A DNA stretch of 64,000 nt from an uncultured delta proteobacterium (GTDB taxonomy: Bacteria > Desulfobacterota > Binatia > UBA9968): NCBI GenBank assembly GCA_963755715.1, contig CAVWLW010000027.1, forward strand, positions 224,001 through 288,000. The letters are read 5' to 3'. Numbering within the stretch: the stretch's first letter is position 1; each line of letters opens with the position of its first letter. This document shows positions 21,698 to 33,043 of this stretch, piece by piece. The notes under the pieces were generated by a model. It worked only from the letters and a program-made list of their open reading frames with translations. It ran no database searches and had not been told where the DNA came from. Made by a program: the position numbers and the translations under genes.

Positions 21698-23637
21698 TCT
21701 TCATATTGCTCTTTGAGCTTGGCCACCACCGCCGGATCGGCCAGCGTTGTGGTATCGCCCAGCGCGCGGCCGTCGGCGATATCGCGCAGCAAGCGGCGCA
21801 TTATTTTGCCGCTGCGGGTCTTGGGCAACTCCGCCGTGAAAAGAATCTCGTCGGGCCGGGCGATCGGACCGATTTTTTTCGCCACATGCGCTTTAAGCTC
21901 GTCGATCAGGGAACTGCTGCCGTCGACGCCGGACTTGATCGAGACGAAAGCGCAGATCGCCTGGCCTTTGATTTCGTGCTCCTTGCCGATGACCGCGGCT
22001 TCGGCCACTTTTTGATGATCGACCAGCGCGCTCTCGACTTCCATCGTGCTGATGCGATGACCGGCGACGTTCATCACGTCGTCGACCCGGCCGAGCAGCC
22101 AATAGTAACCGTCTTTATCGCGCTTGCAGCCGTCGCCGGCAAAATACTTTCCCGGGAAACGGCTCCAATAGGTTTGCACGAACCGGTCCGGGTCGCCGTA
22201 AATCGTCCGCATCATCGCCGGCCAGGGTTTGGTCAGCACCAGATAGCCGCCACCGCCTTTGGGAACGGACTTGCCGCTCTCATCGACGACGTCCGCTTCG
22301 ATACCGGGCAACGGCATCGTCGCCGACCCCGGTTTTAGTTTGGTAATGCCGGGGAGAGGCGAAATGAGAGGGTGCCCTGTCTCCGTTTGCCACCAGGTGT
22401 CCATCACGGGGCAACGCCCGCCGCCGATATATTTGTGGTACCACACCCAAGCCTCGGGATTGATCGGCTCGCCGACGCTGCCAAGCAGCCGCAAGCTTTT
22501 CAAGTCATGCTTGCCGGGAAATTCCGTGCCCCAGCGCATGAAGGTTCGGATCGCCGTCGGCGCGGTGTGAAAAATCGTCACGCCGTATTTTTCCACGATG
22601 CGCCAGAGACGGTCTTTGTCTGGCCAATCCGGCGTGCCTTCATACATCACCTGAGTGACGCCATTGGCCATCGGGCCGTACACAATGTGTGTATGGCCGG
22701 TCACCCAGCCGATATCCGCCGCGCACCAGAAGACATCGTCATCCTTCATGTCGAAGATCCACTTATTCGCGAGCGTGACACCGGTAAGATAGCCGCCGGT
22801 GGTGTGAACGATGCCTTTGGGTTTACCGGTAGTGCCGCTGGTGTAGAGGATGTAGAGCATGTCTTCGCTGTCCATCTGCTCGGGCTCACACCATAGCGGC
22901 GCCTCGGCCATCGCATCATCCCACCACAAATCGCGGCCTTCTTTCATCTGCGCGCCGGAGTCCGCGCCGATCCTTTTTACCACGACAACATGCTCGATCG
23001 ACGGCGCGTCGGTAAGCGCTTCGTCGGCATTTTTTTTAAGCGGCACCACCGCGCCGCGCCGGTAGCCGCCGTCGGCGGTGACCAGCACTTTGGCTTGAGC
23101 GTCGTTGATGCGGCCACGCAAGGCTTCGGCGCTGAATCCGCCGAATACCACACTGTGCGGCGCGCCGATGCGGTTACAGGCGTGCATGGCGATCACGAGC
23201 TCGGGAATCATGCCCATATAAAGGCAGACCCGGTCGCCTTTTTTGACGCCGAGTTTTTTGAGCACGTTGGCGAATTTGTTTACCTCGCGCCACACGTCGC
23301 GGTAGGTCAAGACGCGCTCGTCACCGGGCTCGCCTTCCCAGATGATCGCCGCTTTGTTCTTGCGCCCACCTTGCACATGGCGATCGAGGCAATTGTAGGA
23401 AGCGTTGAGCTTGCCGCCGATGAACCACTTTGCCCACGGCGAGTTCCACTCCAGGACTTTTTTCCACGGCTTGAACCAGTGCAGGTCTTTGGCCGCTTTG
23501 GCCCAGAAGGCTTGCGGATTTTTGCGCGCGGTGTTGAACACGCCTGCGCTTTTGATGTTAGCCGATTTCTTGAATTCTTTAGGCGGTGGAAAGTTTCTTT
23601 TTTCGTTTAACAAAACCTCGATCGCTTTATCTGCCAT
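21694..23637 (-). CDS. acs: Acetyl-CoA synthetase (acetate--CoA ligase)
   Basis: [44 protein letters not shown]; GGAGG RBS. Confidence 0.97.
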   Translation of the reverse strand: MADKAIEVLLNEKRNFPPPKEFKKSANIKSAGVFNTARKNPQAFWAKAAKDLHWFKPWKKVLEWNSPWAKWFIGGKLNASYNCLDRHVQGGRKNKAAIIWEGEPGDERVLTYRDVWREVNKFANVLKKLGVKKGDRVCLYMGMIPELVIAMHACNRIGAPHSVVFGGFSAEALRGRINDAQAKVLVTADGGYRRGAVVPLKKNADEALTDAPSIEHVVVVKRIGADSGAQMKEGRDLWWDDAMAEAPLWCEPEQMDSEDMLYILYTSGTTGKPKGIVHTTGGYLTGVTLANKWIFDMKDDDVFWCAADIGWVTGHTHIVYGPMANGVTQVMYEGTPDWPDKDRLWRIVEKYGVTIFHTAPTAIRTFMRWGTEFPGKHDLKSLRLLGSVGEPINPEAWVWYHKYIGGGRCPVMDTWWQTETGHPLISPLPGITKLKPGSATMPLPGIEADVVDESGKSVPKGGGGYLVLTKPWPAMMRTIYGDPDRFVQTYWSRFPGKYFAGDGCKRDKDGYYWLLGRVDDVMNVAGHRISTMEVESALVDHQKVAEAAVIGKEHEIKGQAICAFVSIKSGVDGSSSLIDELKAHVAKKIGPIARPDEILFTAELPKTRSGKIMRRLLRDIADGRALGDTTTLADPAVVAKLKEQYEE

Positions 23638-23738
23638 AGTGCAGCCTCCTTCAAAAAAGTTTGCCGCAGATCAAGAAAACGTTCGGATTCTATTGAAGCC
23701 TTATCGGCTTGGCAAGAGGGAAATCCAGAATGATCTCT

Positions 23739-23783
23739 AGTTTCGAGTCCCCAGGTTTCGGTTGAACTCGGAACGCGAAAACT
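23739..23783. repeat. Short palindrome of heptamer units in the acs/SDR divergent intergenic region
   Basis: AGTTTCGAGT...AACTCGGAACGCGAAAACT. Confidence 0.45.
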
Positions 23784-23857
23784 GCGCATCGCCCTTGACG
23801 CTCATTCAAGAGTTACGATAGGGCTCAAACAGTTAAGCTATTAAGAGGAAGACACAG

Positions 23858-24599
23858 ATGAGCAAAATCGCCGTCGTAACGGGAGGAGCCGGAGGGATCG
23901 GCCAAGCCGTAGCCGAGCGCTTCGGCAGAGGACGAATACAAGTTAGTTTTGATCGATCTGGACGATCAAGCCGGGCAACAGCTTGCCGGCGCATGGCGCA
24001 GGCGCGGTGCCGAGCTATCGTTTTTTCCAGCCGACCTGACCGAAGAAGCCGCGGTCAATGCGACCTTTGAAAAAATCATCACCGCGCACGGCCGCGTCGA
24101 CGCCCTGGTCAACGTCGCAGGCGGCAGCCTGCATCGCCACCAACTGGAAGACTTCCCCCTGGCGCACTGGCAAGCCGTCATCGACGCAAACCTCACCTCC
24201 ACGTTTCTTTGCTGCCGTGCAGTGGTCGGGCTCATGAAAAAGCAAAAAAGCGGCGCCATCGTGAACATCTCATCAGATATCGGCTTCAGCGGCGACGCCG
24301 GGCGCTCCGCCTACGCCGCGGCTAAAGCCGGCATTCTCGGTCTGACCCGATCGCTAGCGCTCGAATTGGCGACCTGCGGCGTGCGCGTCAACGCCGTCGC
24401 GCCGGGGCGGATCGCCACGCCGCGGGTCCGAGCAAGTTACACCGACATCGAATGGGAAGCCGCGGCGAAGAGAATTCCGGTCGGCCATGCCGGCGCGCCG
24501 GAAGATGTCGCCGAAGCCGTCGCCTTTCTCGCCAGCGACGCAGCCAAACACATGACGGGACAAACGATCCATGTGAACGGCGGCAGGATCATGACGTAA
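23858..24599 (+). CDS. SDR family oxidoreductase (FabG-like); frameshift near 23930
   Basis: TGGAGGIG, LVNVAG, NISS, YAAAK, VNAVAPG, VNGG. Confidence 0.9.
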
Positions 24600-24636
24600 C
24601 CGATCTTTCGTAGGTAAGTAAAAAACACTGCGCCAC

Positions 24637-24674
24637 AAAAAAGCCGGAAGTGCGAGTGACACTTCCGGCTTCTT
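24637..24674. terminator. Bidirectional intrinsic terminator
   Basis: AAAAAAGCCGGAAGTG-loop-CACTTCCGGCTTCTT between convergent genes. Confidence 0.8.
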
Positions 24675-24710
24675 CTAGGTATTGAAGCGAAACTCTTTTA
24701 GTTGCGCGCC

Positions 24711-26054
24711 CTATCTCGCCGCCTTGCGCGCCGCAATGACTTCGAGCATCTTGTCGTCGCTGATGTATTTGAAGTCCCAGGTTTTGCGCGCGCGGGCTTC
24801 CTCTTGTTCGGCGCTTTCGAGCAGCTCGATGTCTTCTTTGGTCACTACTGAAGCGCCTTTTTTGTGCAGCAGCTCGATCAGCGCTTCGATTTTCGCTTCC
24901 ATGTCGCCGCTCGAAAGGCCCTCTTTGCTTGCGAGGTACTGGTTTACGACCTTCATGCCGCGCTCGGCGTCTTGCTTGGCGACGCCGACCAGACCGACGC
25001 TCGCGTTACGCGACCAGCCGGCGACAAAAATGCCGTCGAGCGCTTTCTTGGTTTCCGGATCGTACGGCTGATAGGCCGCGGGATTGGGATCGCCGGGAAG
25101 CTTTTCCGGGTTGGTCACGAACGCCCCCCGTGAAAACGGCAAACCGAGCGCCGCATCGACCTGATCGCCGATCGCGTAGATCACGCAATCGACTTCGATC
25201 CGGCGCGTCTTGCCGGTGCCCTTGGCCACCGTCCGGCCGTCCTGAAGAATCATTTCGTTTTCTTCGGCCTCGAGCGCAGCGACACGGCCTTGGTCGTTGG
25301 CGATGACCTTCGTCGGCGAGCAGAGATAGCGAAACGTCAGCCGGCGGCCTTCGGCGGGCTCGCCTTGCTTGACGAATTTTTTCATGATTTCGTCGACGTT
25401 TTGTCCGACGGCCGCGAGGTGCGGCGCGATCCGTTCGATCTCTTGTTTCATGTCGGCATTGTCGAGGTACGGTTCGATATATTCGAACTCGTTGTCGTCA
25501 TAGGCCTTTTCGAGTGGTCCACGGCGCGCCACGACGACAACCTGATCGATCTTTTTGAGATTGAGCAGCCAATTGGCGATATCGACCATGACGTTGCCCA
25601 TGCCGATAATCGCGACCCGCCGGCCGATCTCGAAAGTCCTCTGGCTAAACGGCGGTAGAGAATTATAGTAATAGACGACGTCCTTCGCATGGTACACGCC
25701 TAGCGTATCTTCGCCTTCGATGCCTAATTTCTTTGTGCCCTGCGCGCCGGCGGTTACGACGATGACGCCGAAACCGATCGTTCTTAGATCGTTCAACGTC
25801 AACGCCTGGTCTTGTCCGATGGTCACGTGGCCGAGATAAAAAACCTTCGGATCCGCGAGAATTTTCTTAAACTGCTTGCGCAGTCCTGTTTTCATCTTCT
25901 CTTTTTCTACATAAATGCCGTATTCGGCCAAGCCACCGGGTTTGATATCGCGATTGAGCAGAACGACGCGATGGCCCGCCTCAGCGAGTTTCCGCGCCCC
26001 GTAAATCCCTGCGGGTCCCGCGCCCACGACAGCGACCAAATGTTGCTCCGGCAT
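24711..26054 (-). CDS. FAD/NAD(P)-dependent oxidoreductase, adrenodoxin reductase/FprA-like ferredoxin-NADP+ reductase
   Basis: VVGAGPAG, PGGLAEYGI, IIGMGNVMVDIA, ARRGP, FVAGWSR. Confidence 0.82.
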   Translation of the reverse strand: MPEQHLVAVVGAGPAGIYGARKLAEAGHRVVLLNRDIKPGGLAEYGIYVEKEKMKTGLRKQFKKILADPKVFYLGHVTIGQDQALTLNDLRTIGFGVIVVTAGAQGTKKLGIEGEDTLGVYHAKDVVYYYNSLPPFSQRTFEIGRRVAIIGMGNVMVDIANWLLNLKKIDQVVVVARRGPLEKAYDDNEFEYIEPYLDNADMKQEIERIAPHLAAVGQNVDEIMKKFVKQGEPAEGRRLTFRYLCSPTKVIANDQGRVAALEAEENEMILQDGRTVAKGTGKTRRIEVDCVIYAIGDQVDAALGLPFSRGAFVTNPEKLPGDPNPAAYQPYDPETKKALDGIFVAGWSRNASVGLVGVAKQDAERGMKVVNQYLASKEGLSSGDMEAKIEALIELLHKKGASVVTKEDIELLESAEQEEARARKTWDFKYISDDKMLEVIAARKAAR

Positions 26055-26147
26055 CCGCGTTACCTCAACGCCAAAAATACCAATTGGCTCTCGACTTTGA
26101 GAGGATTCTCGACCAAAACAGAACGACAAGGAAAGATGGAAGGTGTT

Positions 26148-26417
26148 TTACTGCAGCTCCCTTTTGCCTTCGTATTCCAACTCTGTGCCCCGGGAGTCCT
26201 TGTGCGTAAATGAAACCAAGTCCCAAGAACCGTCTTCCAAGGGACCCTTCAGGATGTAGGAGTTTTCGTCGCTCCCGAGCACGCGAAAATAACATGCCTG
26301 CTCGCCGTGCCAGCGATCCACGCACGCTTCGACTTGAATGATTCGCGTTCCGAGCGTAAAGCGGGTGGGGCTTTCTTGTCCCTTAGAGTCGGATTGAGAT
26401 TCAACCTTCACCTTCAT
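26148..26417 (-). CDS. Small hypothetical protein
   Basis: 89-aa ORF with P.RF.LG...V....DRW.G....YFRV...D...YIL pattern. Confidence 0.65.
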   Translation of the reverse strand: MKVKVESQSDSKGQESPTRFTLGTRIIQVEACVDRWHGEQACYFRVLGSDENSYILKGPLEDGSWDLVSFTHKDSRGTELEYEGKRELQ

Positions 26418-26498
26418 GAGCGACTCACTTTTACTTTAAAATAAAACCGGACGAACGTAATATAGCGTAAAAATTGCCAATTTCAAAGGAGGAGTGCC

Positions 26499-27183
26499 AT
26501 GGACACGCTCAAGCTCTTAAAACAGGACGTCGTCAGCGCTTGTCGAATCCTCTCGCAGCAAAAACTGGTCGAGGGCTTTGGCCACGTCAGCGCGCGCCTG
26601 CCGGATACAGATCTCTTCCTCATGACACCGCGCATCAGTCTCGCCCTGCTCGCAGGAAACCGACCTTCTCACCTTGAATCTGCGCGGTGAAATTGTCGAA
26701 GGCATCCATCCAGCGCCCTTCGAAGCTTGGCTGCATACGGCGATCATGAAAGCGAAGCCGCGCGTGCATGCGATTACGCGCATCCACGCGCGTATGGCGA
26801 ATATCTTCTCGGTGACCGACCGCAAACTCGAACCGGTGCACAATCACGGCAGCTTTTTCGCCGGAGGCGTGCCTGTGTTCAAAACACCGGATCTGATATC
26901 GACGGCCAAACTCGGCGACGAAGTGGCGCAGGCCCTCGCCGACAAACCGGCTATCCTTCTGCGCGGCAACGGTCAAGTAACCGTCGGCAGAACGATCCCC
27001 GAAGCGGTCATGATGGCGATCTACCTGGAGGAAGCGGCGGCGATGCTTCACGGCGCGCTGCAAATCGGCACACCGATTCCTCTGGCACTCGATGAAGCGA
27101 AGCAGCGGCAAGTCGAAGCGCTACCGCCGGTGGATTTGGAGCGGGCGTGGAATTTTTTTAAAAATCGGGTGGAGAACAGATAG
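26499..27183 (+). CDS. Class II aldolase/adducin family protein; frameshift near 26660
   Basis: EGFGHVSAR, PFEAWLHTAI, ILLRGNG; AAGGAGG RBS. Confidence 0.85.
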
Positions 27184-27236
27184 ACTGTGCTGACGCGGCT
27201 CTCTATCACACAGCAGAGCCGTGCGGCTGCCTAACT

Positions 27237-27274
27237 AAAAAAAGCGCGGCGCCCAAAACCGAGCGCCGCGCTTT
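27237..27274. terminator. Bidirectional intrinsic terminator
   Basis: AAAAAAAGCGCGGCGC-loop-GCGCCGCGCTTT between convergent genes. Confidence 0.8.
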
Positions 27275-27291
27275 AGACGAATAAACCGCGA

Positions 27292-28005
27292 TTATTTGCC
27301 GGCGATTTCGAAGTTGACCTTTGCCTCTTCCTTCGCCTTGACAGTTACCTTTTGGCTGCTCTTGCCAAGCTTCTCCTGCCAAACTTCCACATTGTAGGTT
27401 CCCGCCGGCACGTCGGTGAGCTTGAAACTACCGGAGTTATCGGTCACGGCAAAGTATGGATTCTCGGTCGCGACCAGCCAGCCGTGCATCCAGCCGTGCA
27501 CGTCACACTTGATCTCGATCACTTCCGGTTTGTCGATTTTTACTTCCAAGGTCTTTTTAAACTTCGGTTGGGCTTGGTTAAACGGGCTGTTGACCTTGCT
27601 GTAAGAATGGACGTTATGGAGAATGCCGTCCGGGTTCAAAATTTCAAGTGTAGAACCCGCAGGGAACGCCAACACGTGGGGGTGATATTGGCACTCCTTC
27701 TGGTCCAATGTCACTTTTTTAACTTCGATTTTCTTGCCTTTTTGAATATCGGTGATCGTGATCACGGCATTCGCGAGATTACCATTGCTGACCACCAAGG
27801 TCTGATCCTCTTTGGGCGTTTTTCCGCAAACCTCTTTGTCCTTGCTCACATCCAGCTTCTTCGGCGCCGGAGCGGTGCCTTTGAATTTCACCGTGCCGGA
27901 AATCGTCCCGCCGTCTTTTACATCGCCGCCCTGATAGGCCGCCATGCCGCTGACCGGCAAACTCAAAAGAGCCATCGATAAGATCACTGAGCCCAATTTT
28001 TTCAT
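27292..28005 (-). CDS. Secreted cupredoxin-like / carboxypeptidase-regulatory-like domain protein
   Basis: Signal peptide; LHNVH and CDVHGWM (His/Cys/His/Met type-1 Cu-like ligands); AAGGAGG RBS. Confidence 0.75.
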   Translation of the reverse strand: MKKLGSVILSMALLSLPVSGMAAYQGGDVKDGGTISGTVKFKGTAPAPKKLDVSKDKEVCGKTPKEDQTLVVSNGNLANAVITITDIQKGKKIEVKKVTLDQKECQYHPHVLAFPAGSTLEILNPDGILHNVHSYSKVNSPFNQAQPKFKKTLEVKIDKPEVIEIKCDVHGWMHGWLVATENPYFAVTDNSGSFKLTDVPAGTYNVEVWQEKLGKSSQKVTVKAKEEAKVNFEIAGK

Positions 28006-28067
28006 ACCTTCCTCCTTCAGTTTAAACCTGACTATTCCTTTGACGAACTTCGAGGTTCAGCTATTCA

Positions 28068-30766
28068 CTATTTTCCCGGCTTCGCCTTTGCGACTGAAGC
28101 TGGAGCCGCCGGCGCGGGAGCAGCAGCGCCGCGACCGATGCTCATCAGATAATCGCGCAGCGCCTCGATCTGTAAATCTTCCTTGCCACCGAGAATATTA
28201 TCCGGTCCGCCGGGATAGAAAGACGGCATTTTGGTCCCAGGTTGCAACTTTTTGCGGGTCTTTCAACCACTTCAGAATCCAGTTTGGATTGAGCCGTTGG
28301 CGGGCCAAAGTCAGATCCGGCGCCCAGCCGTCAACCGGACCTTCGGGCTTCTTGTCGCCCTGTTGGTGACAGCTGAAACAATTGAAGTAGTCTTTAGAAA
28401 CGAGCTGCTTTGCGGCGTCGATATAATCGGGTGGGATCGTCTTATCATCGAAGTACGTATAGGGGATTTCGACTTTGGCAAGCCCGTTGAAAAAATTGAT
28501 CAATTGATTCGCGTGTTCATCCGAGAAACCGAACGTCGGCATGCGCACTTCAAGCCAAGGACGAATCGGCACCGGTGCTTTCAGGAAGCTGAAAAACCAA
28601 TTCGATTGAACCTTCTCGCCTTCACCGTTGAGAACCGGCGGCGCCAGAGTTGGATTCTCTTGATAATACTTCCTAATGTATCCGCCGCGCTTTTCGATCT
28701 CATGACAGCCTACACAATTGTACTGTTGCATCAAGCGGCGTCCTTCGACGACCTGCTGGACGCGTAATCCTTGATCCGCCTGATAGCGTTGACCGACTCG
28801 GCGCTCGCGGAATCCGGCCAGCAAAATGCGTAACGCCTTGATATCCTCGTCGGCGAGATCAAATTGGGGCATCACTTGCTCGATCCGCTCGGTCGCGTAA
28901 ATTCGCGGCGTCTTGAGCTTATTGTAAGTCCAGTCGTCCCAAGTTTCTTTAATATCGGTGCGATTGCCAAAAAACAGCTCTTCTTTCGCCTTGGAGCCAA
29001 AGGTCGTGAGCTCGGCGCCGATCCGGGACTCTTTTTCCATGCCCTTGATCTCGTGACAGCCGAAGCAACCCCACTTGCGCACGAGCGATTCGCCTTTTTT
29101 GATATTCGCGGCATCCGCAAATTTTTGCTCGAATGCCGGGCATCGGATCGCCTTTGCGTTCCGAGCGTTGTCAAATAGGCGGTGATCGCGAAGGCTTCAT
29201 CATCGGAGAGACGCAGACTCGGCATCCGCGTTTCGGGCGAAAAGCCGCGCGGATTTTTGATCCAGTTATAGATCCACTGGGCGTCCGACTTTGGCCGAAA
29301 TGTCCTTCAAGTTCGGCACTAGGTCCTTGGATTTGCCGAGCGGCGTGGTGAATTCGCCGTCGGCAAAACCGTGGCAGCCCCGACACCCGATGCTGTCGAC
29401 GAGCTTTTTCCCCTTCGCAGCCGTATTGGCATCCCGTCGCGCCTAAGCCCGCGGGCGCCGGATGCGCCTGGGTCCATTTGTCGCCTTCTTCTTTGGATTG
29501 CGACCACAGGTAGGAAGCGATCGCGATGGCGTCGTCCTCTTTGAAGTCGAAATTCGGCATGCGCGTGCGCGGACGAAATTTATGGGGATTCTCGATCCAG
29601 CGCACCATCCAGCTCGGATCGACCTTGGCGCTGATCTTCAACAGGCTGGGCGCGATTTTTGGAATATTCTCGTAGCCTTTGACTAAATGACAACCGGTGC
29701 AACCGACCTGCTCGAAGAGCCTCTGACCTTCGACCAGCAGCGGCGCATCGTCTGCGAATTTCTGCACATCCAGATGACATGAAGTGCAGCTCGATTGCGC
29801 CTTAGCGCCGCGCAGCAGCGGAAATTCCCACAGATGAACTTCACCGTGGGCTTGATTGACGCTATTGACGGCCACGCCCTGGCCATCGTGGCAACTGGTG
29901 CAACCAAACTTATCCGGCGGATGAGCATTATCAGCCAATAGCACTTCGCGCCGCGGGTGGCTCTTAAAAGGGTGGGCTTCCTTTTCGAAACCGGGTCGAT
30001 TGATCGCCATGTGGCAAGTTTGGCAGCGATCGACGCGCGCCACCGGCTGATCGAAACGGTTACGGTCAAACTCATCGAGAGACACCTGTTGAATCTTGGG
30101 AATCTTGTAGGGCCGCAGCGGGCCGAGCTTGAACGTGTCGTTTTCCATCACCCGGACCCATTTGTCCCGTTCGATGCTCATTTTGGTGAGTTCGTCTTCG
30201 ATCTCCTTTGAGCCCAACTGGATCTTTTTTATTTCTTCTTTTAGCTGGTTGCGTCGGTCGCGCGCGGGTTCCAGCTCCTTATCCAGTTGCGCTTTGCTTT
30301 TTTCGAGCTCGCCGATAAGGTCCAGGTAAGGTTTGGGATCGCGTTTTTGTTGGACCGCGTGATCGTGCTCATACCAGGCTTCTTCGAGCTCGCTTTTGAC
30401 GTTCTTAACTTTTTGATCGGCTTCTTGGAACTTGACTGTCGCTCGGCCCTCCTCGCTTTCCAGCGCCTTCAGTTTCTTGCCGAGCTCGCCGCCAGCCAGA
30501 CTCGCCTGATACGCCGCGAGCTTTTTCGAGAGCTCTTGATACTTGGCGTCCTCCTTAAGCTTCTTGTCCTCTTCATCGTAAGCCGCTTGAGCCTTGCTGT
30601 AATCGAGACGGTAGAAGTATGCCTGAACGCTCTTCCACGGACGACGGGTAAAGTTGTCATCCCAATACGCCCATAAAGACAACGCCACCAAAAGAGCGAT
30701 GCCGATTACAAAGACGCTGCCATAGGATTTTTTCTCTTCTTTTGGGTCGACCCCTCGCTCCGCCAT
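28068..30766 (-). CDS. Membrane-anchored multiheme cytochrome c (8 CxxCH) with coiled-coil stalk; several frameshifts (~29430, ~29285, ~29150, ~28245)
   Basis: CQTCH, CTSCH, CTSCH, CTGCH, CRGCH (alternative frame ~29370-29390), CFGCH, CVGCH, CFSCH; repeated RMP/KMP Met-ligand motifs; N-terminal TM helix. Confidence 0.85.
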
Positions 30767-30776
30767 CCCGACTCCC

Positions 30777-30944
30777 TTATGCTACCTTGCGTTCGAGCAC
30801 GCGTCCCAAGGAAAACACCCCGAGACCGATTAACGACAGCACGATTTCTTCAGCCATTGAAGAATTTCTCATGACTCCGACGAACAGGGCATAGCCCATA
30901 TCCGCGAGGCCCAAAGCCTGGAGAATCTTCGCCACGTAAAACAT
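30777..30944 (-). CDS. Small two-helix membrane protein (55 aa), absent from ORF track
   Basis: MFYVAKILQALGLADMGYALFVGVMRNSSMAEEIVLSLIGLGVFSLGRVLERKVA*; ATG directly follows upstream stop and ORF fills the gap. Confidence 0.7.
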   Translation of the reverse strand: MFYVAKILQALGLADMGYALFVGVMRNSSMAEEIVLSLIGLGVFSLGRVLERKVA

Positions 30945-31712
30945 TTAGATATTGATCCAGGGCGTGACTAACACATATTTAACGTTGAACAGCAGCCGCA
31001 AGGCCATCTTCGCGGGGAGCGAAAGCATGATGGCAATGAGCGCCGCGGTGATCGAAAAACGCACCATGCCCCAGCGCTCGATAAAATCTTTGCCTTTGAC
31101 CTTCAAAACAAAAAGGTAGAACAGAGCGATCGTTACGACGAAATAGCCGCCGATCATGACGAGGCTGAACACCGCCGACCACCAATAATCTCGAAAGCCG
31201 ACCAGATACGGCAGATCGACATTGGTCAGAGCGACGACTTTGTGCAGATCCCATTTCTGCCACGGCCAAAAAAGATTCCAGCCCGGGCCGCGGAAAAAAG
31301 TTCCGATCATGATCATGGTAATCCACAAGATGTGAAAGCCGAAAAAAAACGTCAGGATCTCCCACTTTCGATCTTTGAAACAGTAGTAGCCGTTGCCCTT
31401 CGGATTGATGTCGATATAGGGAATGACCATCAAGCCGACGATAATCAGGCTCGGTAATACGACGCCGGCATTCCACGGATCGAAGTAAACCAACATCTCC
31501 TGGAGTCCAAGAAAGTACCACGGAGCTTTGGACGGATTGGGCGTGCGCGTGGGGTTCGCCGCCTCTTCTAGCGGCGCATCGACCGTCAAGGCCCATAGCG
31601 TCAACGCCCCGAGGATAAATAGCGCAACGAGAAACTCCATGCGCACCAAGTGCGGCCAGGTATGCACCTTATCATCAACGGGAAGCTTTCTTTCGCGGGT
31701 AGCCTCTGCCAT
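30945..31712 (-). CDS. Cytochrome b6 subunit IV (PetD)-like protein with C-terminal extension
   Basis: TWPHL, APLEEAANP..TPNPSKAPWYFLGLQE, IPYID. Confidence 0.85.
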   Translation of the reverse strand: MAEATRERKLPVDDKVHTWPHLVRMEFLVALFILGALTLWALTVDAPLEEAANPTRTPNPSKAPWYFLGLQEMLVYFDPWNAGVVLPSLIIVGLMVIPYIDINPKGNGYYCFKDRKWEILTFFFGFHILWITMIMIGTFFRGPGWNLFWPWQKWDLHKVVALTNVDLPYLVGFRDYWWSAVFSLVMIGGYFVVTIALFYLFVLKVKGKDFIERWGMVRFSITAALIAIMLSLPAKMALRLLFNVKYVLVTPWINI

Positions 31713-31736
31713 TTGCGTGCCTCGATTCTGAAATTC

Positions 31737-32507
31737 TTATAGAGACGGACCGGAGAAGCCGTCACGGCGAATACGCCAGAAGTGCACGGCCATCAGGATA
31801 CTGGCGACCATCGGAATGAAGATACAGTGCAAAATGTAGAATCGCAGCAGCGTGTGCGGGCCGATCTCGCCGCCGCCGAATAAAAAGGCGCGAGCGTCGT
31901 AGATCGGGTTGGCGCCGACAAAATCCGCGAATGGCCCCTCGTAACCCAAGAGCGGCGTCGCGCGCGCCATATTGGAGCCGACGGTCACGGCCCAGATAGC
32001 GAGTTGGTCCCACGGCAATAAATAACCGGTAAAACTCAAAAGGAGCGTTAAAACCAAGAGCAAAACGCCGACGATCCAGTTAAACTCGCGCGGCGGTTTA
32101 TACGACCCGGTTAAAAAGACCCGGAACATGTGCAGCCAGACGAAGACGATCATCGCATGAGCGGCCCAACGGTGCATGTTGCGCATGAGCATGCCGAAGG
32201 GCATGTCGTTGTCCAGATACTTCATGTCCGCATAAGCGTATTCGGCCACCGGACGATAGTAGAACATCAAGTAGATGCCCGTTATCACGGTGATCAAAAA
32301 CATCAGGAAGGTCAGTCCGCCCATGCACCACGTAAAGCGCATGCGCACGGCATGGCGCCGTACCTTGGCCGGATGGAGGTGCAGAAACACGTTGGCGGTC
32401 ACCATCATGACCCGGTTGCGCGGCGTGTCTTCGTAACCGTGGCGAAAGATGGATTTCCAAACGTGGCTCTCCACGATGTCGCTTTTGATTTTATCTAAAA
32501 GGCTCAT
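31737..32507 (-). CDS. qcrB: Cytochrome b6-type (short) cytochrome b
   Basis: WCMGGLT (heme ci Cys position), RNMHRWAAH..HMFRVF, PREFNW, FTGYLLPWDQ, RFYILH..HF. Confidence 0.92.
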   Translation of the reverse strand: MSLLDKIKSDIVESHVWKSIFRHGYEDTPRNRVMMVTANVFLHLHPAKVRRHAVRMRFTWCMGGLTFLMFLITVITGIYLMFYYRPVAEYAYADMKYLDNDMPFGMLMRNMHRWAAHAMIVFVWLHMFRVFLTGSYKPPREFNWIVGVLLLVLTLLLSFTGYLLPWDQLAIWAVTVGSNMARATPLLGYEGPFADFVGANPIYDARAFLFGGGEIGPHTLLRFYILHCIFIPMVASILMAVHFWRIRRDGFSGPSL

Positions 32508-32518
32508 GATTCTATCCG

Positions 32519-33037
32519 TTAAACTTTGAGAATACTGTCGGCATATTGCTCATCGGGCTCGGCCCCGGGCCCCATCTTGAAAACTTTGCTTTTATCGACG
32601 ACCAACTGGCCATCGTCGCCGACGGAAATTTTAAAGCGGTCTAGCGGTCGCGGCGCCGGTCCCTCGAAATTCAGGCCACTCTTGAAAAAGCCGCTACCGT
32701 GACAGGGGCATTTGAATTTGTTTTCCGCGGCCAGCCAGCGCGGTGTGCAGCCGAGGTGTGTGCATTTGGCGAAGATCGCATAGATCCCGGTATCCTCGCG
32801 CACGATCCAAACGCGTTGGTCTTGCTTGTATTTCTCGCTCACCTCGCCCAAGGCGTAGTCATTCGGCGATCCAGCTTTAAAAGTTGCCGGCGGTTGAAAC
32901 AACACCCGAGGAAACGCCGAGCGCAGAAATCCCAAAAGACTCAAGCCGCCGAAAATGCCAAACCCGCCCCATCCCAACCGAGTAAAAAAGTCTCTGCGCG
33001 ACCAGATACCGCGCTTTTCCTTCTCCTGTTCCGCCAT
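32519..33037 (-). CDS. qcrA: Rieske iron-sulfur subunit
   Basis: Tat motif SRRDFF, CTHLGC, CPCHGS, GPAPRPL. Confidence 0.93.
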   Translation of the reverse strand: MAEQEKEKRGIWSRRDFFTRLGWGGFGIFGGLSLLGFLRSAFPRVLFQPPATFKAGSPNDYALGEVSEKYKQDQRVWIVREDTGIYAIFAKCTHLGCTPRWLAAENKFKCPCHGSGFFKSGLNFEGPAPRPLDRFKISVGDDGQLVVDKSKVFKMGPGAEPDEQYADSILKV

Positions 33038-33043
33038 ACTCTT

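Noticed and set aside
24711-26054. FNR-like gene as an NAD(P)-linked subunit of the Rieske/cytochrome b complex
   Set aside because: It is separated from the operon by a terminator and an oppositely oriented aldolase gene; there is no evidence of linkage.
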